A program made the position numbers and the translations under genes. From Eledone cirrhosa (lineage: Eukaryota), in the NCBI GenBank assembly GCA_964016885.1, contig OZ024743.1:107322001-107386000 (forward strand): a stretch of 64,000 bases of DNA, read 5' to 3'. Positions 44,561 to 56,830 of this stretch are shown here, one piece after another (position 1 is the first letter of the stretch; each line of letters begins with the position of its first letter). The notes below the pieces were generated by a model. It searched no databases, was not told where the DNA came from, and saw nothing but the letters and a program-made list of their open reading frames with translations.

Positions 44561-45832
44561 GGTGGTGGTGGTGGTTGCATTGTTGTTTTGGGTGTTGGCA
44601 GTAGTGCCTCTTTTTTTTTAGTTAACTGAGGACAGTAAGCCTTTAGGTGACCACTGCTTAAACAGTGGTAACATGAAGGCCGCCTACCCTCAATAGAAAT
44701 GTTTATGTGTGAAATTCCATCCAGAGGCATACGTTGGGGTATTTTAGCTATCCGTTCTGGCCTCATTTGGACCAGAACTTCCATGCGTGTACCTTTGAGT
44801 GCGCCGCTGGGGAATTTCCCACGAAATGATGGTGTCTTCGTTGAAATCGATGAAGCCAGTTAAAATCCACCAGACGTCTACATTTGGTGCAATGTTTGAA
44901 ATGTTTATCTTTTGTGTTCTTTTTCCCATATATGTGGGGAAAAAGGTGTAAAGGGGGGACACAATCGGCGATACAGAATATTTTTGTGCTGTCAATTGGT
45001 CTTTCAACAATCTGAAATGCTTCCAAAAAGTTTCCTTGTTTGGATGAAGGCAATATCCTTTATGGGATTCTTCAGAACCAGTTCAATGTCGTTTTGGGAT
45101 AATTGAACTGGTTTTTTCGACACATTTGAAACCGTCCTAAAAATAACTGTTGAGGAGAAGTGATGCTGAAAGCACCACTCTCACCAAAAGTTACATACTA
45201 TTTTGCATCGCTTAACATTTCCCTAGCATTGGAAATATCAAGGTATGTGAACCGTTCCGCCTTTTTGACGGTTTGAGCAAAGGAAATCTTTTCCTTGTGC
45301 GTGGAGTTGTTCGTGTTGCTGTTGTTGTTGCTAGTGTTGTTGTTATCATTGTTGCTGTTGTTCTTGTTGTCAATATTGTTGTTGTTGTTGTTCTTGTTCT
45401 TGTTCTTGTTGTTGTTCTGGTTGGTGTTGTTTATATGTTGCATGTTATTGGTGTTTGTGTTAGTGTTGATGTTACAATCAACGTCCGACATCGTGTTTTA
45501 AAAACTGATGACATTTTCGATGTCTTTCAATGAGGTGGTGAGAGGAGGTGACTGCGAGCTTAACACTCTTACTGCCTCTCCACCACTTCTAGTTATCAAC
45601 GCAGCGTTCATGACTGAATGGCAAGGTTTGTTTACAATTTTTTTTTTTTCACCGGCGAAATTTTTTCCAAACGAAAATTTCACCCCACGGAGTGGTGAAG
45701 ATGACTTGACCCACCGTCTGAAAGACCAGACGTGGGGTCAAACTATAAAATAGTAATACATTTAACAATAAATTTTTGATTCCTTACTTAGAAAATCAAC
45801 AAAAACTTACCAGCGAACTGGCACACGTCTCA
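40081..45832 (-). mobile_element. Full-length degenerate Tx1 LINE (copy A)
   Basis: ORF1 pieces 43832-45683 with CYHCLSSGHLKAYC zinc knuckle. ORF2 pieces 40317-43745 with APE motifs (LVGDWN, YLDR, YSDH) and RT (FRPITLLN, DQSKAFDRVDH). Many frameshifts and stops. Confidence 0.92.
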
Positions 45833-45833
45833 T

Positions 45834-45904
<71 letters not shown>
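45833..45904. repeat. (GATA)n spacer between Tx1 copies
   Basis: Same repeat at 40065-40080, 51610-51670 and 54899-55107. Confidence 0.95.
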
Positions 45905-45905
<1 letters not shown>

Positions 45906-46136
45906 ATTTCTATTTATTTGCCACGAGGGCACAAAAGAAGGGGACATTTACACAGTGGGGGAGTTTACATAAATCGAGTAAAGAAAAAAGGAATAACAAT
46001 AATAATATAACAATAAAAAGTCCTCAAAAGGGAGGGGGCGTGTTGGGGATTGCACATACCCCCGAAAAGTGTGCAACTCTTTTCGCGGGGGAAGCCCAGA
46101 GAGGAGGCGCTCCCCCTTTCCTCTTCACTTCTTCAC

Positions 46137-49100
46137 CTACAGAACAATGTAGAGAGAAGGCACATTTACACGGGCCATTCTCGCTTCTTTCACCCACCTT
46201 TCATAAAACTGTCTGGGACCAAGCACTTCTCTCTCCATCCTGATTCTTCTTCCGAAGTGGTATCGGAAGAAGTAAACCAGGTGATGGCCGGAGAGAAAGT
46301 CACCCGACCTCAGACCTTTCAGGCGCGTCCACCACACAACCTCTTTCATCATGGCTATTACGCACAGAAAGACCGCCTCTGCTTCATATCTGAAGGGAGG
46401 AGGCGGCTTGATGTTCACCACAGACTCGGCGGTTAATCGAATCGGCGCCACACGCGACAGCAGTCGTTCGACGTAGCCCCACAGATCGGCAACGCCCGGG
46501 CAGTGTACCAGTGCATGCGCAACGGTTTCCTCGTCGCGCACGCATCTGGGACAGATCTTTTTCGCGGGATCCCTGCCCGGGCGCCCGTGTCTGTAGAGCT
46601 TTTCTCGAACGGGCAGAGCCCCCCGGTAACACTGCCAGGCTAGGGACCTCTGGAAGTTGTCCATGGGTCCCGGGCCGAAAGTTCTACCGAACAGGCTGGC
46701 CAGTTCGTCCTCCTCCATGCCTAGCGACTCTCCAAGGGTGTCGTCGCCCCTGCTAGCCACCAACCCTCTATAGAATGTCGAGGTGGATTCTCCACTGACA
46801 GTCGGGTGCGCTTGCCAGATAGCCGTGAGCGCCTGGGCACACTCGGTGTGCCAGTTGCCCAGTTTTCTCGGTCTTTGCTTCACCCAGGATTGCAGTTCGG
46901 TGAGCGAGACGAGCTGTGGGAAGGCTCGCCTCACAAACGGGGCCCACACCGGCTGACCGTTGAGGAATACCTGTAGATGCCGTAGCCTCAATGCGTGCCT
47001 ACGCATCAACAGCCACGGCATACCCAGCCCTCCTTTCGAAGGGTGCTGGCAGCAGATGGATCTCCTCATCATGGGAGGCCGCTTCTTCCAGAGGAACTGG
47101 AAGAGCATGCGTTCCATGATGGTGAGCTTTTCCTTGGGGCAAGGCACGACGGTCAGGCGGTAGTAGATGACGGACGCTATGTAAGCGTTCGTCACCTCCG
47201 CCCGACCTTTCAGTGATAGTTTGCACTTGGCCCACTTCTGGGTCAGCGCAAACACCCTGCTCGTCACCTCGCACCAATTCTTCTCCACCTGGAGGTCCGG
47301 TCCGAACCAGACCCCGAGCAGCTTCACCGGGCCCTCCGTCCACCGCCCGACGACACCGTCTAACGGCATCGGTTTGCCCCTCCACGTTCCGAGTTGCAAA
47401 CCGACTGACTTGTCCTGGTTCAGCTTAGCCCCCTTCAGCCTTTCGTATTCCTCCAGTAGGGTGGCGATCGCCCCGATTTCCGAGGCGTCCGCCACCATTA
47501 CTGTTACGTCGTCGGCATAGGCCGAGACCGCTTTGTGCAATCCCGGTTCCAGGGGTATGCCCCGCAGCAACTCCAACTTCCGTAGCAGTGGCTCGAGAGT
47601 CAATACGTACAGAAGGGAGGAGAGGGGGCACCCCTGTCTGATGGATCGGGTGATTTGAAACGGCTCCGAGAGGTAGCCGTTTACTTTAATCCTAGAGTAG
47701 ATGTTGCCACTGTGCATGGCAGAAATCCAGCCCCTGAAAACGGGTCCGAAGCCCGCCGCCGCTAGCACCGCATCCAGGTAACCATGGTCGACCCTATCGA
47801 ACGCCTTAGATTGATCCAAGTTGATCAGGGCCCCACCAAAGCCGGGTTCGTAGCCAACCCTCTCTATGATGTATCGCATGGGGTGGAGGTTGTCGTGAAT
47901 GGACCTGGACGGGATAGCGCATGTCTGCGCGTCTCCCACCAAACCAGCCACCACAAGCGCCAACCTCTTCGCCAACACCTTGGCCAAAATCTGTAACTCT
48001 GCATTCAGCAGAGTTATGGGCCTAAAGTTACTTAAGTCGTCCCCCTTGCTCTCGTCCTTCCTCACTAGCGTGACCACGCCCTTGGTCACAGAACAGGGAA
48101 TTCTCCCGTTCTGTTGCCAGTTGCAATAGACAGCCTCGAGGAGTTCGGAGAACAAGACCGGCATAGCTAAATAAAGTTCGTATGGTAGACCATCGAGACC
48201 CGGGGATTTGCGTCTGCTGCATTGGCTGAGCGCTTCCCCGATTTCAGTGGCTCTGATTGGCCTTTCGCAGCACTCCGCTTCGCCGCTCGAAAGACGCGGT
48301 AGACCGTCGAGGTATGGACCGAAGTCCACATCCCCGTCCGGCCCCCCGCCACCTCCGAACAGTCGAGCAAAGTGCCTTTGAAAGGTCTCGCACATTCGCT
48401 CAGGTTCAAGGATCACCCGTCCATCCTGGTCTCGCAAAGACCGAATGGTGGATTTAATCCCACTCTTGGCTTCTGTCACGCGGGCCCAGCTAACAGCTTT
48501 GGTCCCCTCGTTTCCTAAAGCACGTATTTTACTTCGGACAACGCAGCCTTCGTGCTTCGCGTCAAAGAACTGGCTCAATGCCGTTCTCGTCACTAACACT
48601 CTGGCTACGTCTCCGCTCCTAATCGCCTCTTCTAGTTTATCTGTTAACTCCCTTTCCCTCCTATTTCTATTCGCCGCTAGTTCCTTACTGTAACCTATTG
48701 AACTTACTCTAATCTCTCTCTTTAGAGATATCCACCACCTACTGTTGACAATCGCTCCCGTCAACCGCATCTTAACTAAGCTACTAATCCGGTTTCTGTA
48801 ATCTTTCTTTGTCGGTAAGGACAAGTTCATCTTCCAGTAACCGGGACCCTGTCTATGCGTTCTATCAAGGTTGACCACGCAGGTCACTAATTTGTGATCT
48901 GAATAGCCAACCATGATCAGTTCTGGACAACTAAATACGTCCCTATCCTTACTCCTAACCAAAAACCTATCTAGGTACGATCTAGATTGTCCACTGCGGT
49001 TTGCCCAGGTCCAGGTTGGCGCAGTTGGACAATCTAGTCGAAATCTATCGACCAGGTCGAATCGATCGAGTAACCCCTTGAGGCTGCTACACCCCCCTCT

Positions 49101-49578
49101 ATCGGGACATGCCTCTGCATAGTCCCAACGCGCATCTAGGATTCCATTCCAGTCCCCCACTAAAAGCAGGGAACGCGACGTTCCTAGAAAAGTCTCCAGA
49201 CGCTGGAAGAAGTCGGCTCTTTCCGCCCCGAAGGGAGCATAAAGACCGACCAGTCTGAAAGCCCCGCCTTCACCGCCTCCGACGTCCAGCACCAGTAATC
49301 GACCCCCCGGGTCCGAGTGAACAATCTGTACGTCGAGAGTCAGACGTTTATCCAGCAGTACGGAAACTCCCCCCCCCCCCGCCTCCGGATTGACAGAGAG
49401 ATGCGTGCATCTCAAAGTCATCGAAGGCGGGCGCCAGCTGTCTCACGCTGCTGATCCGACTCTCGCAAACAACCATCACATCTATACTTTGTGACCTGAG
49501 GTCACTTAGAAGCTTTGCTTGCTTCCAAGCTGAGCCCAGGCCAAGCGCGTTCAAACAGCCAACTCTCAATTGATCTAT
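46137..49578 (-). CDS. Tx1 ORF2: APE endonuclease, reverse transcriptase and CCHC motif; one frameshift at the C13 run 49369-49381
   Basis: ORFs 49348-49569 (CLNALGL...VCESR) and 46137-49421 (GDWN, SDH, QGCPLS, SAYADD, CPRC...HALVHC). The presumed start codon reads ATA. Confidence 0.88.
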
Positions 49579-49641
49579 TTTGGTGTTGAAAGTGAAGAAA
49601 GAAAAGCACTTACCTCTCCGGGTTGCGTAATTTCCATGGCA

Positions 49642-51434
49642 TCAGGTGTGTTGGGTGGAGGGATGTTTTGTGGTGGTGTGGGGGTACACGTGTGTGGTGG
49701 GGTTGGGGGTATTTGGAGTTGTGTCAGGGAGAGGGGCGGTTATGGGGAAATCTTTCAAGAGGACGCGATTCAACGGTTTTAAACAGGGGGGGGGGCTCAC
49801 GTCCCGTCTAAATTGTTCTTTTAAGGAACGATAAAGGTCCAGAGGGACCTTAATCATTTTTAAATGGGTGAAGTTCTCTGTTGAGATAAAGTTTGGCCCT
49901 TCGGTCTGCACCATAGGGTTATTGTTTATTAATTTAACCAGTTTTTTGTTTTCTTTATTTATATATGTGTATTGCAACGTCTTTTTTTGTGATGCTGTCA
50001 ATGTTTCGGAGAGAGGAGGCGCAGATTTATTTTTGTTTGTTGAGGGTGGGGTGTTTTTGATTGGAGTTGGTGTTTGTGTGTGGGTTATTTGTGGTGTGCT
50101 GGGTGTGTGTTTTCTTTTTTTTCTTTTAACTTGTCTGAAGGCTTCTCCTCCTTCTTCTTCAGAAGTTGGGGGAAACTCTTCAGCGCTAGGTGGGAGGGAC
50201 GTGTTGTGTGGTTGTTTTTTTTTTTTGCGGGAGGGGTAGATTTGTTACTGTTTTTTTTATTATTTGTTTGGAATGGGTTTTGTGGTGGTGGTGGTAATGT
50301 TTGTGTCGTGCTTGTGGTTGGTGATGGTGGTGTTTGTGTTGTGGTTGGTGGTGGTGATTTTTGTGTCGTGCTTGTGTTTGGTGCTGGTGGTGGTGATGTT
50401 TGTGTTGTGTTTGTGGTTGGTGGTGTCTGTATTTTGTTTGCTGTGTGTGGTATTAGTGTATTTTTGGAGGTGGGTGGTGTTGGTGTACTGTTTGTGGTGG
50501 GTGTGGGCAATAGTCCTTTTTGGGGGATACGTTTCGGGCAGTTAGCCTTAACGTGTCCCCTTTCCATGCATAAATAGCATGCTGGTCTTCTCCCCTCTAC
50601 AATTATGTCTATTGGGCGAAGGTCATCCAGCCAGATGCGATCCGGGATTTGTGCTATTCTTTCGGGCCTCATTTGGACTAGTATGTCGAGGCCCATTCCC
50701 AGGAACGCATCTCCAGTTGCCTTCCCCATTGACAGCATTGTGTCTTCGCCCATATCAATGAAGCCAGCAATAGCCCACCAGAAGTCCATTGTGGGCAGCA
50801 TTGTTTTTACTTTTACTCTCTGTGTTCTTCTACCCATGTAGGAGGGATAGAAGCTATATGTTGTCGATGAGAGTGGGCTTAAGGAAAGCTTCTCCGCCGT
50901 TTCCTTGTCTCTTGTTAGGACCGAAATGCTGCCATAGAGTCGGTCCTTTCGTATGAAGAGAATATTCTTCATATAGTCTTTTAGGACTATCTCTATTTCC
51001 ATTTGGCTGGGCTGTGCTGGCTTTCTTGTCTGGTTCAGTATAGTTCTGTAGAGAACTGTGTTTTCTGCTCTGGCTTTCTTGAATTCTGGGGTGGAGTTAA
51101 TGGAACACATTCCGTTCTCCCCCAAAACAATGTGTTTCTTTGCTTCGGCCAGTTTTTCTCTGGCGGCAGTTAGGTCAATTGGTGTGTATGTAATGGATTG
51201 TTTTGTTTTCTGGGCGAAAGTTGCCCTGTTGGTATTTGTATTATTTTCTGTTTGTTTGTTTTCTGTTTGCTCATTTTCCTTAACATTTGTTTTTTCATTT
51301 TCTTTGTTTGTTTCATTGTCTAATTTTGTTGTAATTATTTTTTGTTCTTCAGACTTGGGGGGCGTGGCAGAGCTAATGGCAGACATGTCTGCCATCTTTT
51401 CCGCCATGCTGCCAAGAAAGAAATTTTTCGGCAA
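49642..51434 (-). CDS. Tx1 ORF1 (gag-like, CCHC zinc knuckle, Pro/Thr-rich linker); one frameshift at the T run near 50215-50226
   Basis: CYLCMERGHVKANC. Shifting frame at the homopolymer gives EEEGGEAFRQVKRKKRKH and joins ORF 49642-50001, matching copy A (DDEGEPLRSKRKKKRH). Confidence 0.8.
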
Positions 51435-51670
51435 AAATAGATATTTATTTTACCCCCTAAAAAGGGGGTAAATGCAAAAATGTTTCCCTAAAAAACAGGG
51501 GTTAGTGTTCCAAATGTGTTGCACTGAAAAATTTATCCGGTACTTACAATAGTAAGGTTAAATCCCGATGGAATAGCGGAGCCGATGTGAAGCGTGTCTT
51601 ACTCTATCAAGATAGATAGATAGATAGAAATGATAGATAGATAGATAGATAGATAGAAAGATAGATAGAT

Positions 51671-54600
51671 ATGTTTCTTTTATTTGCCACAAGGGCATCA
51701 AAAGTGGGACAAGTACAAAGGGGGGAGTTTACACAAAAAGGCGTCCTCAATAAGGAGGAGGCAATAACAAAATATAAAAATAAAATAAGATATAACAAAA
51801 AATAAAATTTATAACAAAATCCTCAATAGAGAGGAGGCGCCTTGGGGGGTCGCACACACCCCCGAAAAAAGTGTGCAACCCTTTTCCTCAGGAGCACAGA
51901 GAGGGGGTGCTCCCTCGTTCCTTCCTCTTTTCCACCTACAGGCTTATGTAAAGAGAAGGCCCATTCACACGGGCCATTCTCGCCACTTTCACCCACCTTT
52001 CATAAAAACGACTGGGGTTGAGCACCTCTCTCTCCATCCTGATCCTTCTTCCGAAATGATATCGGAAGAAACGGACCAGTTGTTGGCCAGAGAGAAAGGT
52101 GCCTGACCTCAGTCCTTTCAGACGCTCCACCATACAACCTCTTTCGCCATGGCTATTACGCACAGAAACACCGCCTCTGCTTCATCTTTGAAGGGGGAGG
52201 CGGCTTGATCATTACAATAGACTCGGTGGTCAACCGGATCGGTCCCACCCTTGACAGCAGTTGTTCGACATAGCCCCACAGATCGGCTACGCCCGAGCAG
52301 TGTACCAATGCGTGTGCAACGGTTTCCTCGTCGCACACGCATCTGGGACAGATCTTTTTGGCGGGGTCCCTACCCGGGCGCCCGTGTCTGTAGAGCCTTT
52401 CTCGAACGGATAAAGCCCCTCGGTAGCACTGCCAGGCCAGGGACTTCTGGAAGTTGTCCATAGGTCCCGGGCTGCATGTCCTACCGAACAGGCTGGCCAG
52501 TTCGTCCTCCTCCATGTCTAGGGCTTCTCCGAGGGCGTCGTCGCACCTGCTGCGTACCAGCCCTCTATAGAATGTTGCGGTGGAGTCTCCACTGATAACC
52601 GGATCCGCCTGCCAGAGGGCGGTGAGCGCCTGGGCACGCTCAGTGTGCCAGGCGCCCAGTTTTCTCGATCTTTGCTTGACCCAGAATTGCAGCTCGGTGA
52701 GTGAGACGAGTCTGGGAAAGGTTCGTCTCACAAACGAGGCCCACAACCAGTTGACCGGTGAGGAATACGTAGAGGTGCCGTAGCCTTAATGCGTGTTTAC
52801 GCATCATTAGCCACGGCATCCCCAGCCCTCCTTTCGAAGGGTGTTGACAGCAGATGGATCTCCTCACCATAGGAGCCCGCCTCTTCCAAAGGAATTGGAA
52901 GAGTGCGCGCTCCATCTTGGTGAGGGTTTCCCTTGGGCAGGGCACTACGGTCAGGCGGTAGTAGATGACGGACGCTATGTAGGTGTTCGCCACCTCTGCC
53001 CGACCTTTCAGGGATAGTTTGCAACTGGCCCACTTCTGGGTCAGTGCAAACACCTTGTTCGTAACCTCCGCCCAGTTTTTCTCCACCTGGAGGTCCGGTC
53101 CGAACCAGACCCCGAGCAACTTCACCGGGCCCTCCGTCCAGCGTCCGACGACGCCATCGGAGGGAATCGGTCTGCCCCTCCACGTGCCGAGTTGCAAACC
53201 GATCGACTTGTCCCGGTTCAGCTTAGCCCCTGTGAACCTTTCGTACTCCTCCAGTAAGGTGCCGACCGCCTCGATTTCGGAGGCCGTCGACACCATTACT
53301 GTCACGTCATCGGCGTAGGCCGACACCGCTTTCCGCAATCCCGGTTCCAAAGGGATGCCCTGCAACAACTCCAACTTCCGCAGTAGTGGGTCGAGAGTCA
53401 ACACATACAGAAGGGAGGAGAGAGGGCACCCTTGTCGGATGGACCGCGCGATTTTGAACGGCTCCGAGAGGTAGCCGTTCACCTTGACCCTAGAGCAAAT
53501 GCGGTTGCTGTGCATAGCAGTGATCCAGCCCCTGAAAACGGGTCCGAAGCCTGCCGCCGCTAGCACCGCATCCAGGTAACCATGGTCGACCCTATCGAAC
53601 GCCTTAGATTGATCCAAGTTGATCAGAGCCCCACCAAAGCCGGGTTCGTTCCCAACCCTCTCTATGATGTATCGCATGAGGTGGAGTTTGTCATGGATGG
53701 ACCTGGACGGGATAGCGCATGTCTGCGCATCTCCCACCAGGTTGCCCACGACAAGCGCCAACCTCTTTGCTAGCACCTTGGCCAAAATCTGCAACTCTGT
53801 ATTTAGCAGAGTTATGGGCCTGAAGTTACTTATTTCGTCCCCCTTGTTCTCGTCCTTCCTCACTAGCGTGACTACGCCCTTGGTCACAGTACAGGGAATT
53901 CTCCCGTTCTGTTGCCAGTTGCAGTAGACCGCCTCGAGGAGATCGGGGAACAAGTCCGGCATAGCTAGATATAATTCGTAAGGAAGACCATCGAGACCCG
54001 GGGATTTGCGTTTGCCGCATTGGCTCAGCACGTCCTCTATCTCAGCGGCCGAAATCGGCTCCTCGCAGGACTTCGCCTCCCTGTCTGAGAGGCGCGGCAG
54101 GCCGTCGAGGTATGGACCGAAGTCCACGTTCCCAACCGGCTCCCGCCCCTCCCGAACAGTCGGGCAAAGTGCCTTTGAAAGGCCTCACACATCTGCTTAG
54201 GCTCAAGAATCGCCCGTCCATCCAGGTCTCGCAAAGACCGGATGGTGGATTTAGTTCCACTGTTGGCCTCTGTCACGCGGGCCCAGCTAACAGCTTTGGT
54301 CCCCTCGTTCCCTAGAGCACGTATTTTACTTCGGACAACGCAGTCTTCGTGCTTCGCGTCGAAAAACTGGCTCAAAGCCGTTCTCGACGCTAGCACTCTG
54401 GCCACGTCGCCGCTTCTAATTGCCTCTTCTACTCTATCTATTAGCTCCCTTTCCTTCCTATTCCTATCCGCAGCTAGAACCTTACTAAATTCTATCGAGA
54501 CTACTCTAATCTCTCTCTTTAGAGATACCCACCACCTGCTGTTGACAATCGCTCCAGTCAACCGTTCCTTAACTAACGTACTAATCCGATTCCTGTAGGC

Positions 54601-54897
54601 TCTACTTGCCGGCAAGGACAAGTTGAGCTTCCAGTAACCGGGGCCCTGTCTATGCGTTCTATCAAGGTTGACCATGCAGGTCACCAACTTGTGGTCTGAA
54701 TAGCCAACCATGAGCATTTCTGGACAACTTAAAAAGTCCCTGTCCTTATTTCTAACTAAAAATCTATCTAGGTACGACCTAGATGATCCGCTGCGATTTG
54801 ACCAAGACCAGGTTGGCACCGTCGGAAAATCTAGTCGAAATCTATCGGCCAGGTCAAATCGGCCGAGTAACCCCTTGAGGCTGTTGCACCCCTCTCT
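51671..54897 (-). mobile_element. 5'-truncated Tx1 LINE (copy C)
   Basis: ORF2 from mid-endonuclease to the end, SAYADD, several frameshifts; abuts (TATC)n at both ends. Confidence 0.93.
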
Positions 54898-54937
<40 letters not shown>

Positions 54938-55010
54938 AATGATAGATAGATAGATAGATAGATATATAGATAGATAGAAATGATAGATAGATAGATAGAT
55001 AGATAGAAAT

Positions 55011-55068
<58 letters not shown>

Positions 55069-55107
55069 AAAATAGATGGATAGCTAGATAGATAGAAAGA
55101 TAGATAT

Positions 55108-56395
55108 ATTTCTTTATTTGCCAAAAGGGCGCACAAGAAAAGGGGACAATACAAAGGCACATGCCGGGGATTTTACATACAGTCGGTAAAAATATTGAAA
55201 CAAACAATTATAACAATCGAAATCCCCAATAGGGGGGAAACGCCACAAATGGGTTGTTTAATACACCGTCGATAGAACAGCCCTCAATTTCAGGAGCGTG
55301 TTGCAACGGCTCCCTTCTTCCTTTTGCTCTCTTCTTTAACCTACAGGCTTATAAACAGTGAAGGCCCAATCACTCGGGCCATTTTCGCTTCATTCACCAA
55401 CCTTTCAGTAAATTACTGGGGTGCAGTGCCTCTCTCTCCACTCTGATTTTCCTTCTAAAGTGATACTTAAAGAAGGGAATCAATTGTTGTCCGGAGAGAA
55501 AGGTATCTGTTCTCAGTCCTCTCAATCTCGTCCAACATATAACCTCTTTCACAATAGCCACTATACAGAGGAAAACCGCCTCTCTTTCGTTTTTGAAAGA
55601 GGCTGGCGGTTTGATCGTTACTATGGACTCGGCAGTCAACTGGATTTGTCCCATACGCGACAGCAGTTGTTCTGCATAGTTCCACAGGCCGCTTACACCC
55701 GGGCAGTCTATTTCGTGCAAGACGGTTTCAATGTCCTGCTCGCGTCATGGGCACTTCCTCTTGGAAGGATCCCTGCCAGGGCGTCCGTGCCAGTAGATCT
55801 TATCTCGAACGGGTAGAGCTCCTCGGTAGCACTGCCAGGCCAGGGACCTCTGGAAGTTGTCCATAGGTCCTACCGAAAGTCCTACCGAACAGACTGGTGA
55901 GCTCATCGTCTTCGACACCTAGAGTCTTCTCGAGCACGTCATCGCACTTGTAAATTACTAACCCTCTATAGAATGTCGAAGTGGCGTCTCCACTAATTGC
56001 TGTGCCCGCTTGACAGAGGACTGTGAGCACCTGGGCGCATTCAATGTGCCAGGCGCCCATCTTCTTCGGTGTTCGCTTCACCCAGGACTGCAGCTCCGTC
56101 AGCGAGACAAGTTTTTTTTTTATTTACGAGGCTCTCCTTCATCTTCACTTGGGGATGGAGAAGTAGCCTCGTCTGGTGATGAATCGTTATCAGGGGCGTG
56201 TGGGATGGGTATGTTGTGTGGTGATGGTGTTTGTGTGTGTGTGTAGTAGTGTTTGTGTGTTTGTAGTAGTGTTGGATGGAGTGGGATAGTGTGGGACTGT
56301 GTTTTCCAGGGGAATAGTTTGTGTTTTTCCTATTGTTTGTCGTTGAACTGTTGTTTGTTTTGGCGTGATGCTTGTTTTGTGTGTTGCTGTTTTTA
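55108..56395 (-). mobile_element. Internally deleted Tx1 LINE (copy D): ORF1 linker fused to the ORF2 3' end
   Basis: 55108-56111 is the ORF2 C-terminus and UTR. 56122-56395 resembles ORF1 at 44330-44480. The junction is at a T10 run. Confidence 0.75.
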
Positions 56396-56419
56396 CAATA
56401 ATATCAGAACCAAACAAAT

Positions 56420-56830
56420 GTATCTTGGATAATGACCGAATAATGCGATTGCGAATAAAAGCGTCCGACATGGAGTTCCTCCGAAGGGTCTCTAGTGTAA
56501 GGTTCTTTGTTAGATTGCGTAGCTAGAAATTTCGGCGATCGCACCAGGTAGAATCACTATTTCCTCGCATCAAGAGATCACTCCTCAGTTACTACGGACA
56601 CCGTATGTTGTTAGAATACCTAAGAAAAGTATCGATCGACAGATATTCCGAGCAAAGCCCACCAGCAAATGATTCAGAAGTACACCACGAGGAAGATTGT
56701 AGGATAACATCCATAACCTCCTTGTTGCTCACGCTTCGTAATCCAGCCGGATAATTTGAAAATAGATGCCGCTGATATGGCTCAATTGAAGGTGTGTCTA
56801 ATAACTCTGGCCGCACGACCTTCCTAAAAA
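56420..56830 (+). mobile_element. Degenerate RTE-clade LINE 3' fragment
   Basis: Translates to IKASDMEFLRRVSSV...VESLFPRIKRSLLSYYGH, resembling the RTE C-terminal AAEMRFLRR...RLRWFGH motif. Confidence 0.6.

Larger units (their letters stand above)
45906..51604 (-). mobile_element. Full-length, nearly intact Tx1 LINE (copy B)
   Basis: 5' UTR, ORF1, ORF2 and 3' UTR with AATAAA; (TATC)n on both sides. Confidence 0.95.

Noticed and set aside
40951-54598. Overlapping alternative-frame and antisense ORFs recurring in Tx1 copies
   Set aside because: These are shadow ORFs of GC-rich ORF2 and recur only because the copies are homologous.
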